A DNA stretch of 64,000 nucleotides from Eledone cirrhosa (taxonomy: Eukaryota). The notes below the pieces were generated by a model. It searched no databases. It had not been told where the DNA came from and saw only the letters and a program-made list of their open reading frames with translations. Numbering within the stretch: position 1 is the stretch's first letter; each line of letters opens with the position of its first letter. The stretch lies in the NCBI GenBank assembly GCA_964016885.1, contig OZ024755.1, positions 29,698,001-29,762,000 on the forward strand, in the 5' to 3' direction. The position numbers were made by a program, and so were the translations under genes. This document shows, piece after piece, positions 1 through 14,107 of the stretch.

Positions 1-871
1 CCTATTAATTATTTCATTAATTGCATTTTAAATATTATTCAGTTGCCTCGAGTGTTTTGTTATTTTTTGTTGATTCCATTCAATTTTATGGACAAACCGT
101 TCCTGAATAATTTTCCTTGCTGAACTATGTTTAATTACGTTATAAATAACGTATGCGTTCGTACAAGAAATTACTTCATTATGTCCCTACATTACCAGGC
201 CCCGGTAATTGTTGCCGTCTGAAGAAGTGTATACGCTTAGAAAGTCAGAATAATTATATAGGTGGTACAGAGGGAATGAATTCATTTTCCTCGAGAGATA
301 TTATTGAGAAAAATATTTAGCCCGCATAAATACGTATACGTGTGTGTGTCTGCGTGTACCTGCGTAGGTATATGTGGTTGTGTGTGTCTTAACGACTTTG
401 ATTAGAAATGTCTCCAAAATATATAAAGAAAAAATAAGAAAATCTGCTTTTCTTCGGGCACATCTGGGTTACCAATGTCACGAAATAGAACTTTCTTCTT
501 CAATACTTAAGAATTAAGAGTACACACGACTGCGAACTCACAACAATTTAACACTCATATGGTTTCCATTAATGGTTTCTAAAAATAAGTAAATTTCGTA
601 CAGGGATTATAATCAACACTCTAGAAGCAAATAACAAAATCACGTTGAACGTTATCATAGTTTTCTCTGCATATGTCCTTATATTTCAACGATTTATAAA
701 AAAAAAAGCAAGGTCTTTTCGTAATAGGAAATCAATTAATCTGGCAATATACGGAAAATTAGTTTCATTCTGCTTGCAAAAATCCTCTCAAACCTATTCA
801 TTTGTATCATTATGCAAACAAAAGATAGCATTCCCTGTGTGGTAATGTGTGTATAACCCATGTGTGTTATT

Positions 872-918
<47 letters not shown>

Positions 919-994
919 TTGTTTTGGGGGAAGTCAGTGAAATGGATCTGGTGTACACTAATACATATACATATGTATATATATATATATATAT

Positions 995-1170
995 GAAAAT
1001 GTTTAACCCCGACGGCAGAGCTCAAGCCGTTTCGACGGCTTAGCCGTCGAAACGGCTTCAGCTCTGCCGTCGGGGTTAAACATTTTCCTATTACCCACTC
1101 GACTACCCTAAGTATTGAGTACTCTGGTGCGTTACAGTCCACCTGGTTCCTTACCACACATCCTTCGTTA
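995..1170 (+). mobile_element. PLE pLTR palindrome, family A (arms 995-1040/1042-1087, unpaired tail to 1170) containing the 3' half of a hammerhead
   Basis: 46-bp inverted arms with 1 mismatch around a 1-nt loop. Right arm reads GAAACGGC-loop-GCCGTC (stem III plus GUC). Homologous to 17612-17813 and 39170-39343. Flanked by (TA)n. Confidence 0.8.
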
Positions 1171-1178
1171 TCTATCTA

Positions 1179-1223
<45 letters not shown>

Positions 1224-1228
<5 letters not shown>

Positions 1229-1423
1229 ATGTATACTTCTACTTATTCCTCGGAGAATTAACTGTTGTGTAACTACTTCTAAATATGTGTGTGGGTGTGT
1301 GTGTGAGAGAGAGAGAACACACGCACACCATTATATATATATATATATATATATATATTATGTATACTTCTACTTATTCCTCAGAATTAACTGTTGTGTA
1401 ACTACTTCTAAATATGTGTGTGG

Positions 1424-1503
<80 letters not shown>

Positions 1504-1520
1504 ACACGCACACCATTATA
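1224..1520 (+). repeat. Local direct duplication of a ~120-bp segment with internal (GA)n
   Basis: tatgtatacttctacttattcctc...aactgttgtgtaactacttctaaatatg...acacacgcacaccatta occurs at ~1228 and ~1359, separated by (TA)n. Confidence 0.8.
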
Positions 1521-1532
1521 TATATAGAGAGA

Positions 1533-1623
1533 GAGTTAAAGAATAGAGGTGTAACACACAAGTTATTATATATTGGTGAACGGAATAGAAAATGCTGACA
1601 AATTGTTCACAGTTGAAAAATGG
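1533..1623 (-). repeat. Dispersed ~90-bp repeat, probable PLE 3' tail; second copy at 60813-60903
   Basis: agttaaagaatagaggtgtaacacacaag...cacagttgaaaaatgg is nearly identical at both loci and both abut a microsatellite at the same end. Confidence 0.6.
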
Positions 1624-1854
1624 ACCTGTGTCATTTGGAGACGAGGTCATATATTTTATCGTTCCTGAGGTTTTTAACCCTAGGAAAGGAAAATGCTTCT
1701 CTGATGATCTTTGTTTTTCCATTAATATCCAAGTGATATCTAATGTTTTGCAAAGTGAAACTGTACAGTAAGGGCCATTTGAATAGGTAAATATTTATAT
1801 TATATTTTTTAATTTTGAAAAATTGGTTGAATTTTACTTGTTCTGCTTATCTTG

Positions 1855-1885
1855 ATATATATATATATGCATATATATATATATA

Positions 1886-1955
<70 letters not shown>

Positions 1956-1971
1956 TATATATATATATATA
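1855..1971. repeat. (TA)n microsatellite with periodic GC interruptions
   Basis: Direct reading; same array type continues at 2758-3183. Confidence 0.95.
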
Positions 1972-2355
1972 TGTATAGATAAGAAATGTATAACCTGTAA
2001 AATAAGCCCCCATATTAACTGTAAAACTAGAAATGTAGTGTATAGCATAAGATGTACTGAAGGACAATGTAGAAATAAAAATATAGTGTACATAGGTGAG
2101 ACAGCTCGTAGTATAGGGGAACGGATAAATGAACACTGGCGAGACCTTCAAGATAATAAAGAATCATCTGTACTCTACCAACATGCTAAGATAGAACACA
2201 AGGGTAAATTAGAGAACATAGAAATAAGAATAGAATCTACACACAGAAAAGATGCAATGTTTAGACAAATTACAGAGGCAATAAACATAAAAGAATTACA
2301 ACCAAAATTAAATAGAAAAGATGAGTGGAACAGCAACATCACAACTTACAATTAA
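1972..2355 (+). pseudogene. GIY-YIG endonuclease domain of a PLE with upstream Cys motif (Neptune/Nematis-like); RT part missing
   Basis: CIDKKCITC...[13 protein letters not shown]...[16 protein letters not shown]...RQITEAINI...LNRKDEW. The N-terminus of ORF 1852..2355 is microsatellite read-through. Confidence 0.88.
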
Positions 2356-2552
2356 GGACAAAATGAAAACACACACACATAGAACAAACAACCAACCAAT
2401 AACATGTAAATAAATAAATAAATGAACATAAACACACACAGACACCCGGATGTGGCGCATGCGCAAACTGAGCACACAACACACACACAGAAACAAAATG
2501 GCGTAGGACAGAAAAAAAAAGGAGAGGCACAGAAACAAAGAAAGGAATCCCC

Positions 2553-2597
2553 AGTCACTGAAGAGGTCACAGAGTGTGTGACGAAAGGACTATGACT
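2553..2597 (+). ncRNA. Minimal type-I hammerhead ribozyme
   Basis: AGTCA-CTGAAGA-G-GTCAC(agagtgt)GTGAC-GAAA-ggac-TA|TGACT; stems I and II pair fully. Confidence 0.85.
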
Positions 2598-2757
2598 ATA
2601 TATAAACAACTATCTGGTTGTGGAACCAACCAACCAACCAGAAATTTATAAAATAAATTTATGAATTTGTAAATGTATAAATATATAATAAATTGAAGTG
2701 AAAGCAACTGGTGCGTGTGTTTCTTATTGGCAACATGACTCTCCCAAAGTATAACAA

Positions 2758-3089
2758 TATATATATATATATATATATGCATATATATATATATATATAT
2801 ATATGCATATATATATATATATATATGCATATATATATATATATATATATATATGCATATATATATATATATATATATATGCATATATATATATATATAT
2901 ATATATGCATATATATATATATATATATATGCATATATATATATATATATATATGCATATATATATATATATATATATGCATATATATATGCATATATAT
3001 ATATATGCATATATATATATATGCATATATATATGCATATATATATATATGCATATATATATATATATATATATATATGCATATATATA

Positions 3090-3159
<70 letters not shown>

Positions 3160-3183
3160 TACATATATATATATATATATGCA
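2758..3183. repeat. (TA)n microsatellite with periodic GC interruptions
   Basis: Direct reading. Confidence 0.95.
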
Positions 3184-4208
3184 TAACATAATTTGTTTTC
3201 AGTTTGAAACTTTAGCAAAATATGGGAATTAATTTAACAATTGTTTGTAAGAAGAAACAAATATTTTCTTCAGTCAGACACGCTTCTCCAATTAAAGTTC
3301 TATTCACAATTCGAACTGAGTTTGACAAAAAGATAAAATGTTCAGATAAACAAGATTCTCAATTGATCTTACATTTAGCATACTCATTATAATCTTTATA
3401 ACCATTATTATTTGTGTTGTTAATACTATTAATATTGATAATAATATAAGAAAACAACGAGGAAGATGATATATGTTCGTTAGTATTGCGACAATGCTGA
3501 TAGATAAGCAATTATTTCAAAGAAAAGTAATAAAAATCTGATTCTAAAAAAGCAAACATGGACAATATCAGTATAAAAAATATGCTGAGCGTTGTATTAA
3601 TAGTGGGGTATTTGCCTCTGGTAAATCACGCCACTGAAGTCAGATTTCCTTTACTGATAAGAGGAGAGTCCAAATGTTTAGCTGAGTGTCACTGTCCAGA
3701 GTTACTTGCTGCGATTAGTCCCAACCACCGTATATTTCACCCTCAACCAGCTTTTGTCTAATATACTAGATATCCTTATCTGACCACTTCCAATTTCCCC
3801 CTTCAGCACATGAATCACACTAAGAAAAACTGGGACCGGCCACCGTCGAGACCTCAGGCATACTTGGATCCCGTATTGCTTAGCTCCTCCGCAAAATCAG
3901 AGCATCGGCGGCCCCTCTGAAGAAGGAGCCCTGCGTGGTTGGGTGGCTGTTGCAGCGGGTGTCATTGGCCATCGTCCGGGAGAATAATTTTGCCGTCTTG
4001 TCAGTGGGGCGCAGCACTTCTGCCCTCTTGCTCTTGGCCCAAAGTCCAATCGCCCTCCTCTCTTCTGCGACACCAAAGCTCTTGCCATCCCCTTCCCGTT
4101 CTTTTTCTTCTTTCTTTCTCTTTTTTTTTCTATATTTCCTTATTCTTTCTTTCCTTTTGTTTCCCCTCTTTTTTTATTATTTCTATATTGAGAATAAACA
4201 CTTATTAT

Positions 4209-4390
4209 TGGATTGGCAGTATCGGTAGAGAATCGGACGCCATGCTTTCCAGCATAGTTACGTCCCTTTACGGTCTGAGTTCAAATCCCGTCGAGGTTAA
4301 CTTTGCCTTTCATCCTTACGGGGTCGATAAAATAAAGTACCAGTAATGTACTGGGTAATTGCTGGCCTTGTGCCTAAAGTAGAAACAATT
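4209..4390 (+). mobile_element. tRNA-derived SINE, family S1
   Basis: A box TGGCAGTATCGG, B box GAGTTCAAATCC, central GCCTTTCATCCTTACGGGGTCGATAAAATAAAGTACC (MetaSINE-like domain), tail CTTGTGCCTAAAGTAGAAACAATT. Confidence 0.9.
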
Positions 4391-4987
4391 ATTTGTACAC
4401 AGATTGAATTAAAGTTCTACAATGGACTTGGCCTACCCCCATTCCTTCCTACGCGTGATAACAGCCGATCGACATAAATCCACATGTCCATAATTGCAGT
4501 GCCTCGTCTGATTTCTTAAAGGAGGATGTCGTTTGAAGCTGAGACAATATTCTCGGTAATAGAGTGGATGCAGTTAATTAGGTTCAACCAGCCAGATTTC
4601 GTGATTGCTAAAGAACTGTATGCCGATCCAAGCTTTGATTTGCGCTTGGCCCTCGACGGCAACTCCACAAAAAATATCACAATTTAGGTATCTCTCTTCC
4701 CCATAAAAGCAATGATGACATTGGTCTGGCTCCAGAAACTTGTCTACCCGACAGCCTTGTGTGCTGTTTCCGTCCATAGTAATGGTGCAGAACCCTTTTC
4801 AGAAGTTCGTCCTCAAAATTTGTATGGCAAAGTTCATTGCCCACCAAACATTAATCTACGTTTTAATTACATTATGTAACACAGTAGCATATAAATATTT
4901 AAAATTCATAAATTTATCATGCATACTAATTTCACATCAATTAATAAGAAGCATTTAAAGTTACCTTTAACTAATTTAGATTGCTTT

Positions 4988-5150
4988 ATATTTCCCGGCG
5001 CCTATGACGCTTCGTCCTCGAGGAGGCACCTTAATTTTGACAACCAAAAATTTGAAAGAAAAAAATAATAAACAATCTTCGGCCTCCAGGACGCATGGTA
5101 GATTTTTTAGACTTATTTTAGGAAAAAAGTAGCGCCTTGGACGCTGGGAA
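4988..5150 (+). mobile_element. pogo/Tigger-type MITE (~165 bp)
   Basis: Termini tatttcccggcgcc..gacgc and gcgcc..ggacgctgggaaa; homologous copies at 47807 and 53732. Confidence 0.7.
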
Positions 5151-6191
5151 AGAGAGTCACTATGGATATATAATAGTTCATTTAAATCACTTCGTCAACA
5201 TAAGGTTAACCTTAGCCTGTAACAGACACCGCTTCACCAACAAATCATACCGTGGAACCAAAACTGTTACAACGTGTATTGGGAATCAAGCTTCTTCGCA
5301 ATAAGGTGAATCAAGCCTGTCCCTATAAAGTGAGTTGTTTCCTTGTTTGGTAGGGGGTGGTTGACAATTAAGAGAATTTTATTATTTCTAATTTGAATCA
5401 TAAAACCAAATTAAATGTAAACAATTTTACTGCTTTTCTTTGCATCAATATTATTATATTGACGCTGTCGTTCTTATTGTCTTTTTTTTTTTGTTGTTGT
5501 TGCTTTTGTTGTCATTGATTTTGTTGTTCTAACTGCCGTTGTTTTAAAATTGATCATTGTTCTCATTTGTCAGTGTTGATAAAAAAACAAAACAATTCTA
5601 ATCTGTCATTGTTCATGTTCATATTGTTATTATTGATGTTGCTTTATTTTCTTTCTTTTTTTTGCTTATATTATGCTGTGTTATTTGCTGATGTTGATAG
5701 ATTTTGTGTTATCGACGAAATTATTATATTTTCTAAAATTGTTTTTATTAGGTGGTGTTTCTTAACTTATTTATTTTCTTTTGCGTTGTTAAATTCTATG
5801 GCAGTTTTTGTGTCGTGCAAGTTGATCTTTTTGATCTCGTTAGTAATGTTCATAATACTAAGATAAATATGATGGATATGCCGAGAAGGAGAAGGAGAAT
5901 GAGAAGGCCAGACGGGGTAAGGAATTCATGCAGGTGAAAGACGAAAGAAAAAAGGTCGAAGAATGTTAGTAGAAGAGAAAATAGATTTTATAATTATATC
6001 AATATTGCAATCATCCTTCTGATTGTTGTTGATGTTGTATATCTTTGTTGTTGTTGTTATTACTCCATTCTTTATATATAAAACGATATGCACATCAAAT
6101 GCCAATTCATTTGCATAAAAAATCAGATGGGATTCTGAAAGGAATGGATAAATATATTCGTGTGTGTGTGTGTGTGCGCGCGCACTTTCTA

Positions 6192-6231
<40 letters not shown>

Positions 6232-6239
6232 TAGAAAGT

Positions 6240-6297
<58 letters not shown>

Positions 6298-6421
6298 TTG
6301 AAAAAAGGGAAAGAATGACTTCACTTATAGTTTTAAACAATTTGAGTTAATTTTACAAAATTATGATTTCGTAGATCTGTTAACTTCGGTGGACAGATTT
6401 TTAAAGATTCCTAGATAACTT

Positions 6422-6466
<45 letters not shown>

Positions 6467-6529
6467 ATTAATCTCCAGAGTCTAGCTATTGAGCAGTTAA
6501 TTTTATTGATTTTTTTCAGTTACATATAT

Positions 6530-6870
6530 TGACTGTTGAATGGCTCTGTTATATTTAACCATTCTGTTGAGAGCTTTAATTCGATTTGTGATATTTTGCA
6601 TTCTCGCAATAATACACAACTGAATCATTCGCTTAATAGAGGTGTTACCTCCCTTGCTGAATCCCACGAGGGGTCAGTAATAGCTACACTATCTATAGCA
6701 TATTGGAGCAAAACCCGTTGAAAACACGACTGCCTTGTTCATCATCTCACCAGAAGCCCAACATTCTTTATGTAGGCGGACAGTACCTGATTTGGAGTCG
6801 CAGAAACCAATACTGGATTTTACCATCAGTCCAGGGTCCGGGAAAGTATCAACACATATATTTTTATTGT
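6530..6870 (-). pseudogene. Possible highly decayed Tc1/mariner (Tc3-like) transposase fragment
   Basis: Minus-strand translation gives DGKIQYWFLR and YYCENAKYHKS, resembling DG.QYYW.DLR and FQQDNA.IH.S; many stops. Confidence 0.25.
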
Positions 6871-7051
6871 TTGACCCGAATTACTTGGTCGTTTTGATTT
6901 TGGCTGTGCGGATGATATGTTTAACCATCATCTCAGTGTGTTTGGCCCTTAACGTATGTTGTAGCTCTGATTCATATGATTCATCGAGCGCTTGCCACAC
7001 ATATCGGACGTTGATTTTCGTTAATTCCTGAGCTGAAAACGATTCTCGCTA

Positions 7052-7110
<59 letters not shown>

Positions 7111-7142
7111 AAAGTTAACTGGTGTATTTATATATATATTTA

Positions 7143-7258
7143 TTTATTTCACGTTGCTCCTTCTACCTGGGGTTGCGACCGATAGATAGTATTAGCAATT
7201 GGAAAGACCAATGGAAACATTGTTTCCTCGGTCCGATTTGACGAAAGTCGATCGTTCC
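7143..7258 (+). mobile_element. 3' part of SINE family S2 (full copy at 62047-62260)
   Basis: Near identity to 62145-62260; flanked by TA repeats. Confidence 0.8.
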
Positions 7259-7279
7259 ATATATATATATGAATACATC

Positions 7280-7432
7280 AGTTAGTCAGACAGCATGCTT
7301 ATTGGCATAGAGTTACAGCCATTTACGTTCGGAATTAAAAAACCGCCAAGGTTAGTTTTGCTTTTCATACCTACGGGATCGATAAATAAAGTACCGGTAA
7401 TGTACTGGGGTCCTCAAATTGTTGGCTTTGTC
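7280..7432 (+). mobile_element. Degenerate S1 SINE
   Basis: gcttttcatacctacgggatcgataaataaagtaccggtaatgtactggg core. Confidence 0.7.
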
Positions 7433-7582
7433 ATTATTATCATCATTTACTTCATGTTGTCTCATAAAAAGCATAATGTCTGTTTCTTTTGAAATATTTA
7501 TTTTCCATGTTTCATGACTTGTTACACTTCGTGCCAGATATATTAAAATATTTGGTTCCTAATTCCCTTTCAACTAATATAA

Positions 7583-7732
7583 GAGAATATCATGCTATTG
7601 TTTTATTCTCTGGGAATATCATGATTTTGTTATATTCTCTGAGAATATCATGCTATTGTTATATTCTCGGAGAATATCATGATATTGTTATATTCTCGGA
7701 GAATATCATGATATTGTTATATTCTCTGAGAA
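7583..7732. repeat. 29-bp palindromic minisatellite, 5 units
   Basis: Unit gagaatatcatgatattgttatattctc(t/g); each unit has self-complementary ends. Confidence 0.9.
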
Positions 7733-8426
7733 TTGCTTGTTTAGCCTGCTTTTCAATAAAAGAATTTAATTTTTTTAGGATCGATTCTAGTAATCACATA
7801 TTTTTATATTGTATTCTATAAAGAATTCTGTCATAGTTATATTTCTATTCTATTAAATAATAGGATACCTGTGCATTGTTAGTTTGTAGTATAGTGTTTG
7901 TTTTGTTTGAATGTCCAGTTTAACAATTACACACACTGATTACACAAGTGTTCATGTTTGCTCTTGATCTAGGTTCAAACATTTGCAGATTATTTTCCTA
8001 CGCGTTTTGTAGATGACACAAGGTGTTTTAAATCAGTTTAACTTGCATTACACTATTGATTTCTCAGATTTACACAATACTAACATTTGCAAAGCAGGGA
8101 TGTAAGTCGATTGAGTTGGTCAGAGAACACGGTTTGTGATTATTTTATCGACCAGCGGGGATAAAAGGCAAACTTGACTCCAGTCGTATTTGAAGTCAAA
8201 ACTACCCCTGCGAATGGCCCGCCCACTTAGAATCTATTATTGCATTAAATGGAATCATATATATTATATTCTGTTTTATTGGTTTTTATGTCGGGGGTTG
8301 TCTTTGATTCAATTTCGATATTCACAGATTAGGTTTCAATCATAGAGTAATTCCATGTGAGCAGTTATCTTTGTTGGCAGAGATTATATATATGCCTACA
8401 TTACATCCTTTTAGTAAACTGGCTTT

Positions 8427-8786
8427 ATATATATATATATATACATATATATATACATATACATATACAGATATATATATACATATATATATATATTTAT
8501 ATCTACATATATATACACATATACATACATATATATATATATTTATATATATACATATATATATATATTTATATCTACATATATATATACATATACATAT
8601 ATATATACATATACATATATATATACATATACATATATATATACATATACATATATATATACATATACATATATATATACATATACATATATATATACAT
8701 ATACATATATATACATATACATATATATATACATATACATATATATATACATATACATATATATATACATATACATATATATATAC

Positions 8787-8817
<31 letters not shown>

Positions 8818-8842
8818 CATATACATATATATATACATATAC

Positions 8843-8894
<52 letters not shown>

Positions 8895-9014
8895 ATACAT
8901 ATACATATATATATACATATACATATATATATACATATATATATATATACATATACATATATATATACATATACATATATATATATATACATATACATAT
9001 ATATATACATATAC

Positions 9015-9046
<32 letters not shown>

Positions 9047-9142
9047 ACATACATATACATATATATACATATATATATATATACATATACATATATATAC
9101 ATATACATATATACATATACATATATATACATATACATATAT

Positions 9143-9193
<51 letters not shown>

Positions 9194-9194
9194 C

Positions 9195-9229
<35 letters not shown>

Positions 9230-9308
9230 CATATATATACATATATATATATATATATACATATATATACATATACATATACATATATATATATATACAT
9301 ATATATAC

Positions 9309-9359
<51 letters not shown>

Positions 9360-9510
9360 CATATACACATATATAACTACATATATATCTATATATAGAT
9401 ATACATATATATACATATATATATACATATATATATATACATATATATATATACATATATATATATACATATATATATATACATATATATATATACATAT
9501 ATATATATAC

Positions 9511-9583
<73 letters not shown>

Positions 9584-9730
9584 CATATATATATATACAT
9601 ATATATATATACATATATATATATACATATATATATATACATATATATATATACATATATATATATACATATATATATATACATATATATATACATATAT
9701 ATATACATATATATATACATATATATATAC

Positions 9731-9778
<48 letters not shown>

Positions 9779-9846
9779 ACATATATATATGTATGTATAC
9801 ATATATATATATATATGTATGTATACATATATATATATACATATAC

Positions 9847-9891
<45 letters not shown>

Positions 9892-9895
9892 AATG
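8427..9895. repeat. Long (TA)n/(TACA) compound microsatellite
   Basis: Direct reading. Confidence 0.97.
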
Positions 9896-10117
9896 TATAT
9901 TTTTGCCCATATGAGTCTGTGAGTATTGATTTATTATTTTCTAGATCGTACAGGCAGACCTTATGTTGTTGAATTAAGATTTTTCACTCTAGCGATCTTA
10001 TTAGTCAAATGCAACTATAACATGTAAATGTTCATCAAATATTAATTTATACTGCTCAGAAGCGATTCCTAGAGCTGAAATGATTGTAAATGACCTCTCT
10101 GAGTCTAAACTCTAAGC

Positions 10118-11100
<983 letters not shown>

Positions 11101-11427
11101 AATGTGGATAATAATAAATATTACCCAATCTCAGGTATGAAAATAGCTCAGGTATGTAAAATACTAAGTATACTACAGAGACGAAATACAATATAAATGA
11201 CAAACATTTATATTATATTATTTATATTATATTATATTATATATATATATATAAATATATATATAAAAATATATAAATATATATAAATATAAATATATAA
11301 ATATATATATATAAATATATATATATAAATATAAATATATAAATATATATATATAAATATAAATATATAAATATATATATATATAAATATATAAATATAA
11401 ATATATATAAATATATATATATAAATA

Positions 11428-11900
11428 TACAATATTAAATAAATGGAAAACTATATTTATAAAACCATATCTATTTCATTATATATATTTCGGGGATATC
11501 ATATTAACAATATGCTATGCCTTCATCAGACAAAATACAATATAAACAGTTTTATAGATAAATATATTCGACATACCGTAATAAACATCAACTTCATTTG
11601 AAGAGGTTTACGCTAGCAGACTGCTAGCGTAAACCTCTCCAAATGAAGTTGATGTTTATTACGGTATGTCGAATATATTTATCTATAAAACTGTTTATAT
11701 TGTATTTTGTCTGATGAAGGCATAGCATATTGTTAATATGATATCCCCGAAATATATATAATGAAATAGATATGGTTTTATAAATATAGTTTTCCATTTA
11801 TTTAATATTGTAAATATACTCCAAATATTTGTCGAGTGCTTTTATATCAGTTATAAATATTTACTAGTTGTAACCCAACAATTTTAAATATAACTTTACA
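11428..11900 (+). mobile_element. PLE pLTR palindrome (192-bp arms centred on 11620, unpaired tail 11813-11900) with a hammerhead in each arm
   Basis: 11428-11619 is the reverse complement of 11621-11812 (1 mismatch seen). Flanked by AT arrays. Confidence 0.88.
11703..11768 (+). ncRNA. Type-I hammerhead ribozyme (mirror copy at 11472-11537 on minus strand)
   Basis: TATTTTGT-CTGATGA-stem II (aggcatagcatatt gtt aatatgatatcccc)-GAAA-tatata-TA|ATGAAATA; stem I 8 bp including G-U; palindromic stem III. Confidence 0.8.
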
Positions 11901-11910
11901 TGTATATATA

Positions 11911-11942
<32 letters not shown>

Positions 11943-12010
11943 AATATATAAACATATATATATAAATATGTATATATAAATATATATATATAAATATATA
12001 TATAAATATG

Positions 12011-12042
<32 letters not shown>

Positions 12043-12101
12043 CAAATATATATATATAAATATATATAAATATACAAATATAAATATATATATATATATA
12101 A

Positions 12102-12218
<117 letters not shown>

Positions 12219-12328
12219 GATTACTCCATAGGTCAGCTCTGATCGAGTTGTCTCTCTCACCCTTTATGAATCAAGTACCAAAATGTAAAAATGACAATAT
12301 GTGGCTTGAGGGAAATTAGACTATATTA

Positions 12329-12500
12329 ATTGGCAGTATCGGTAGATGGTCGGACGCCATGTTTTGACGCATAGAGTTACGGCCATTGCTATTTTGAGTT
12401 CAAATCCCGCCGAGGTTAACTTTGCCTTTCATCCTTACGGGGTTGATAAAATAAAGTACCAGTAATGCACTGGTTAATTGCTAGCCTTGTTAGAAATAAT
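12329..12500 (+). mobile_element. S1 SINE
   Basis: A/B boxes and core match the family. Confidence 0.9.
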
Positions 12501-12899
12501 TTTTTCTACTTTTGGCACAAGTCGTGCTACCATCCAATTATTCCGACGTTTGGTTGGGCGCATTAATTTCCTTGATTTTCTCGTCGGTAAGGCATAATTT
12601 ATATGAAATTATATAACAATTCTTTAATTATGTATCAGAAGAAGTCATTATACTATGTTGCTGCTGTTACAGCTTTTATTTCTATTCATCTACTGGATGT
12701 CTGTTGCCTATATATTAATTGTAGTTAATAAACTACTTCTTCAAGCAATAAAACACATCTGGGCGAAAGTAATGAACTTTGTTGAACACATAAACGGTTT
12801 TAATGAAAGACAAATCTATTGCCGCCTGTAGGTTGAATGTATATAAACGGATGTACACAGATATAAATGTGTACACGCACAGCCACACACACACACACA

Positions 12900-13605
<706 letters not shown>

Positions 13606-13658
13606 TATATATTAAAAGTTATGTTTGTATAAATACAGTGTGTAACCAAAACTGCAGC

Positions 13659-13732
<74 letters not shown>

Positions 13733-13785
13733 TACACATCTTTGATATGTAAGCATACCAGAAAATAAAAGAACCTCCTTGTAAA

Positions 13786-13828
13786 CCTTTAATCGATTTT
13801 CGGACCTAATTGAATCCTCATCAGAAGG
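13786..13828 (-). ncRNA. Minimal type-I hammerhead ribozyme in a PLE pLTR remnant (~13728-13865)
   Basis: Minus strand: CCTT-CTGATGA-GGATT(caatta)GGTCC-GAAA-ATCGAT-TA|AAGG; palindromic stem III. Confidence 0.85.
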
Positions 13829-14107
13829 CGTGTATGTCATCCAACCAAACACAAAGAAACATTTATTTCATGGGTATATAAACCATTTCACATTTAGTGG
13901 TATTCCGAAATGAACATACTAGATTGCATATAATTAGTGTTCGTCTTGGTAGTTAATTAAGGTATATTTTAAGAAGTGTGCCACCAACCAAAGTGTATGA
14001 TAACATTATATCTGTATGAATACAGAGTGTGTAACCGAGACTGCAGCATTGTGTAAATACATATACACATTTTTAATATGTAGACATGTATACTAGTTAC
14101 TACAACT

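Larger units (their letters stand above)
1972..2757 (+). mobile_element. 5'-truncated Penelope-like retroelement: GIY-YIG C-terminus, 3' UTR, hammerhead and tail
   Basis: GIY-YIG coding segment ends at stop 2355, followed by an HHR at 2553-2597. Embedded in a (TA)nGC array on both sides. Confidence 0.88.

Noticed and set aside
218-245. ctgaaga-agtgtatacgct-ta-gaaa hammerhead-like string
   Set aside because: Extra bases before GAAA and no convincing stem I or III.
3830-4850. GC-richer segments with short ORFs (3897-4088, 4574-4777)
   Set aside because: Probably decayed TE interiors, but no motif was strong enough to assign.
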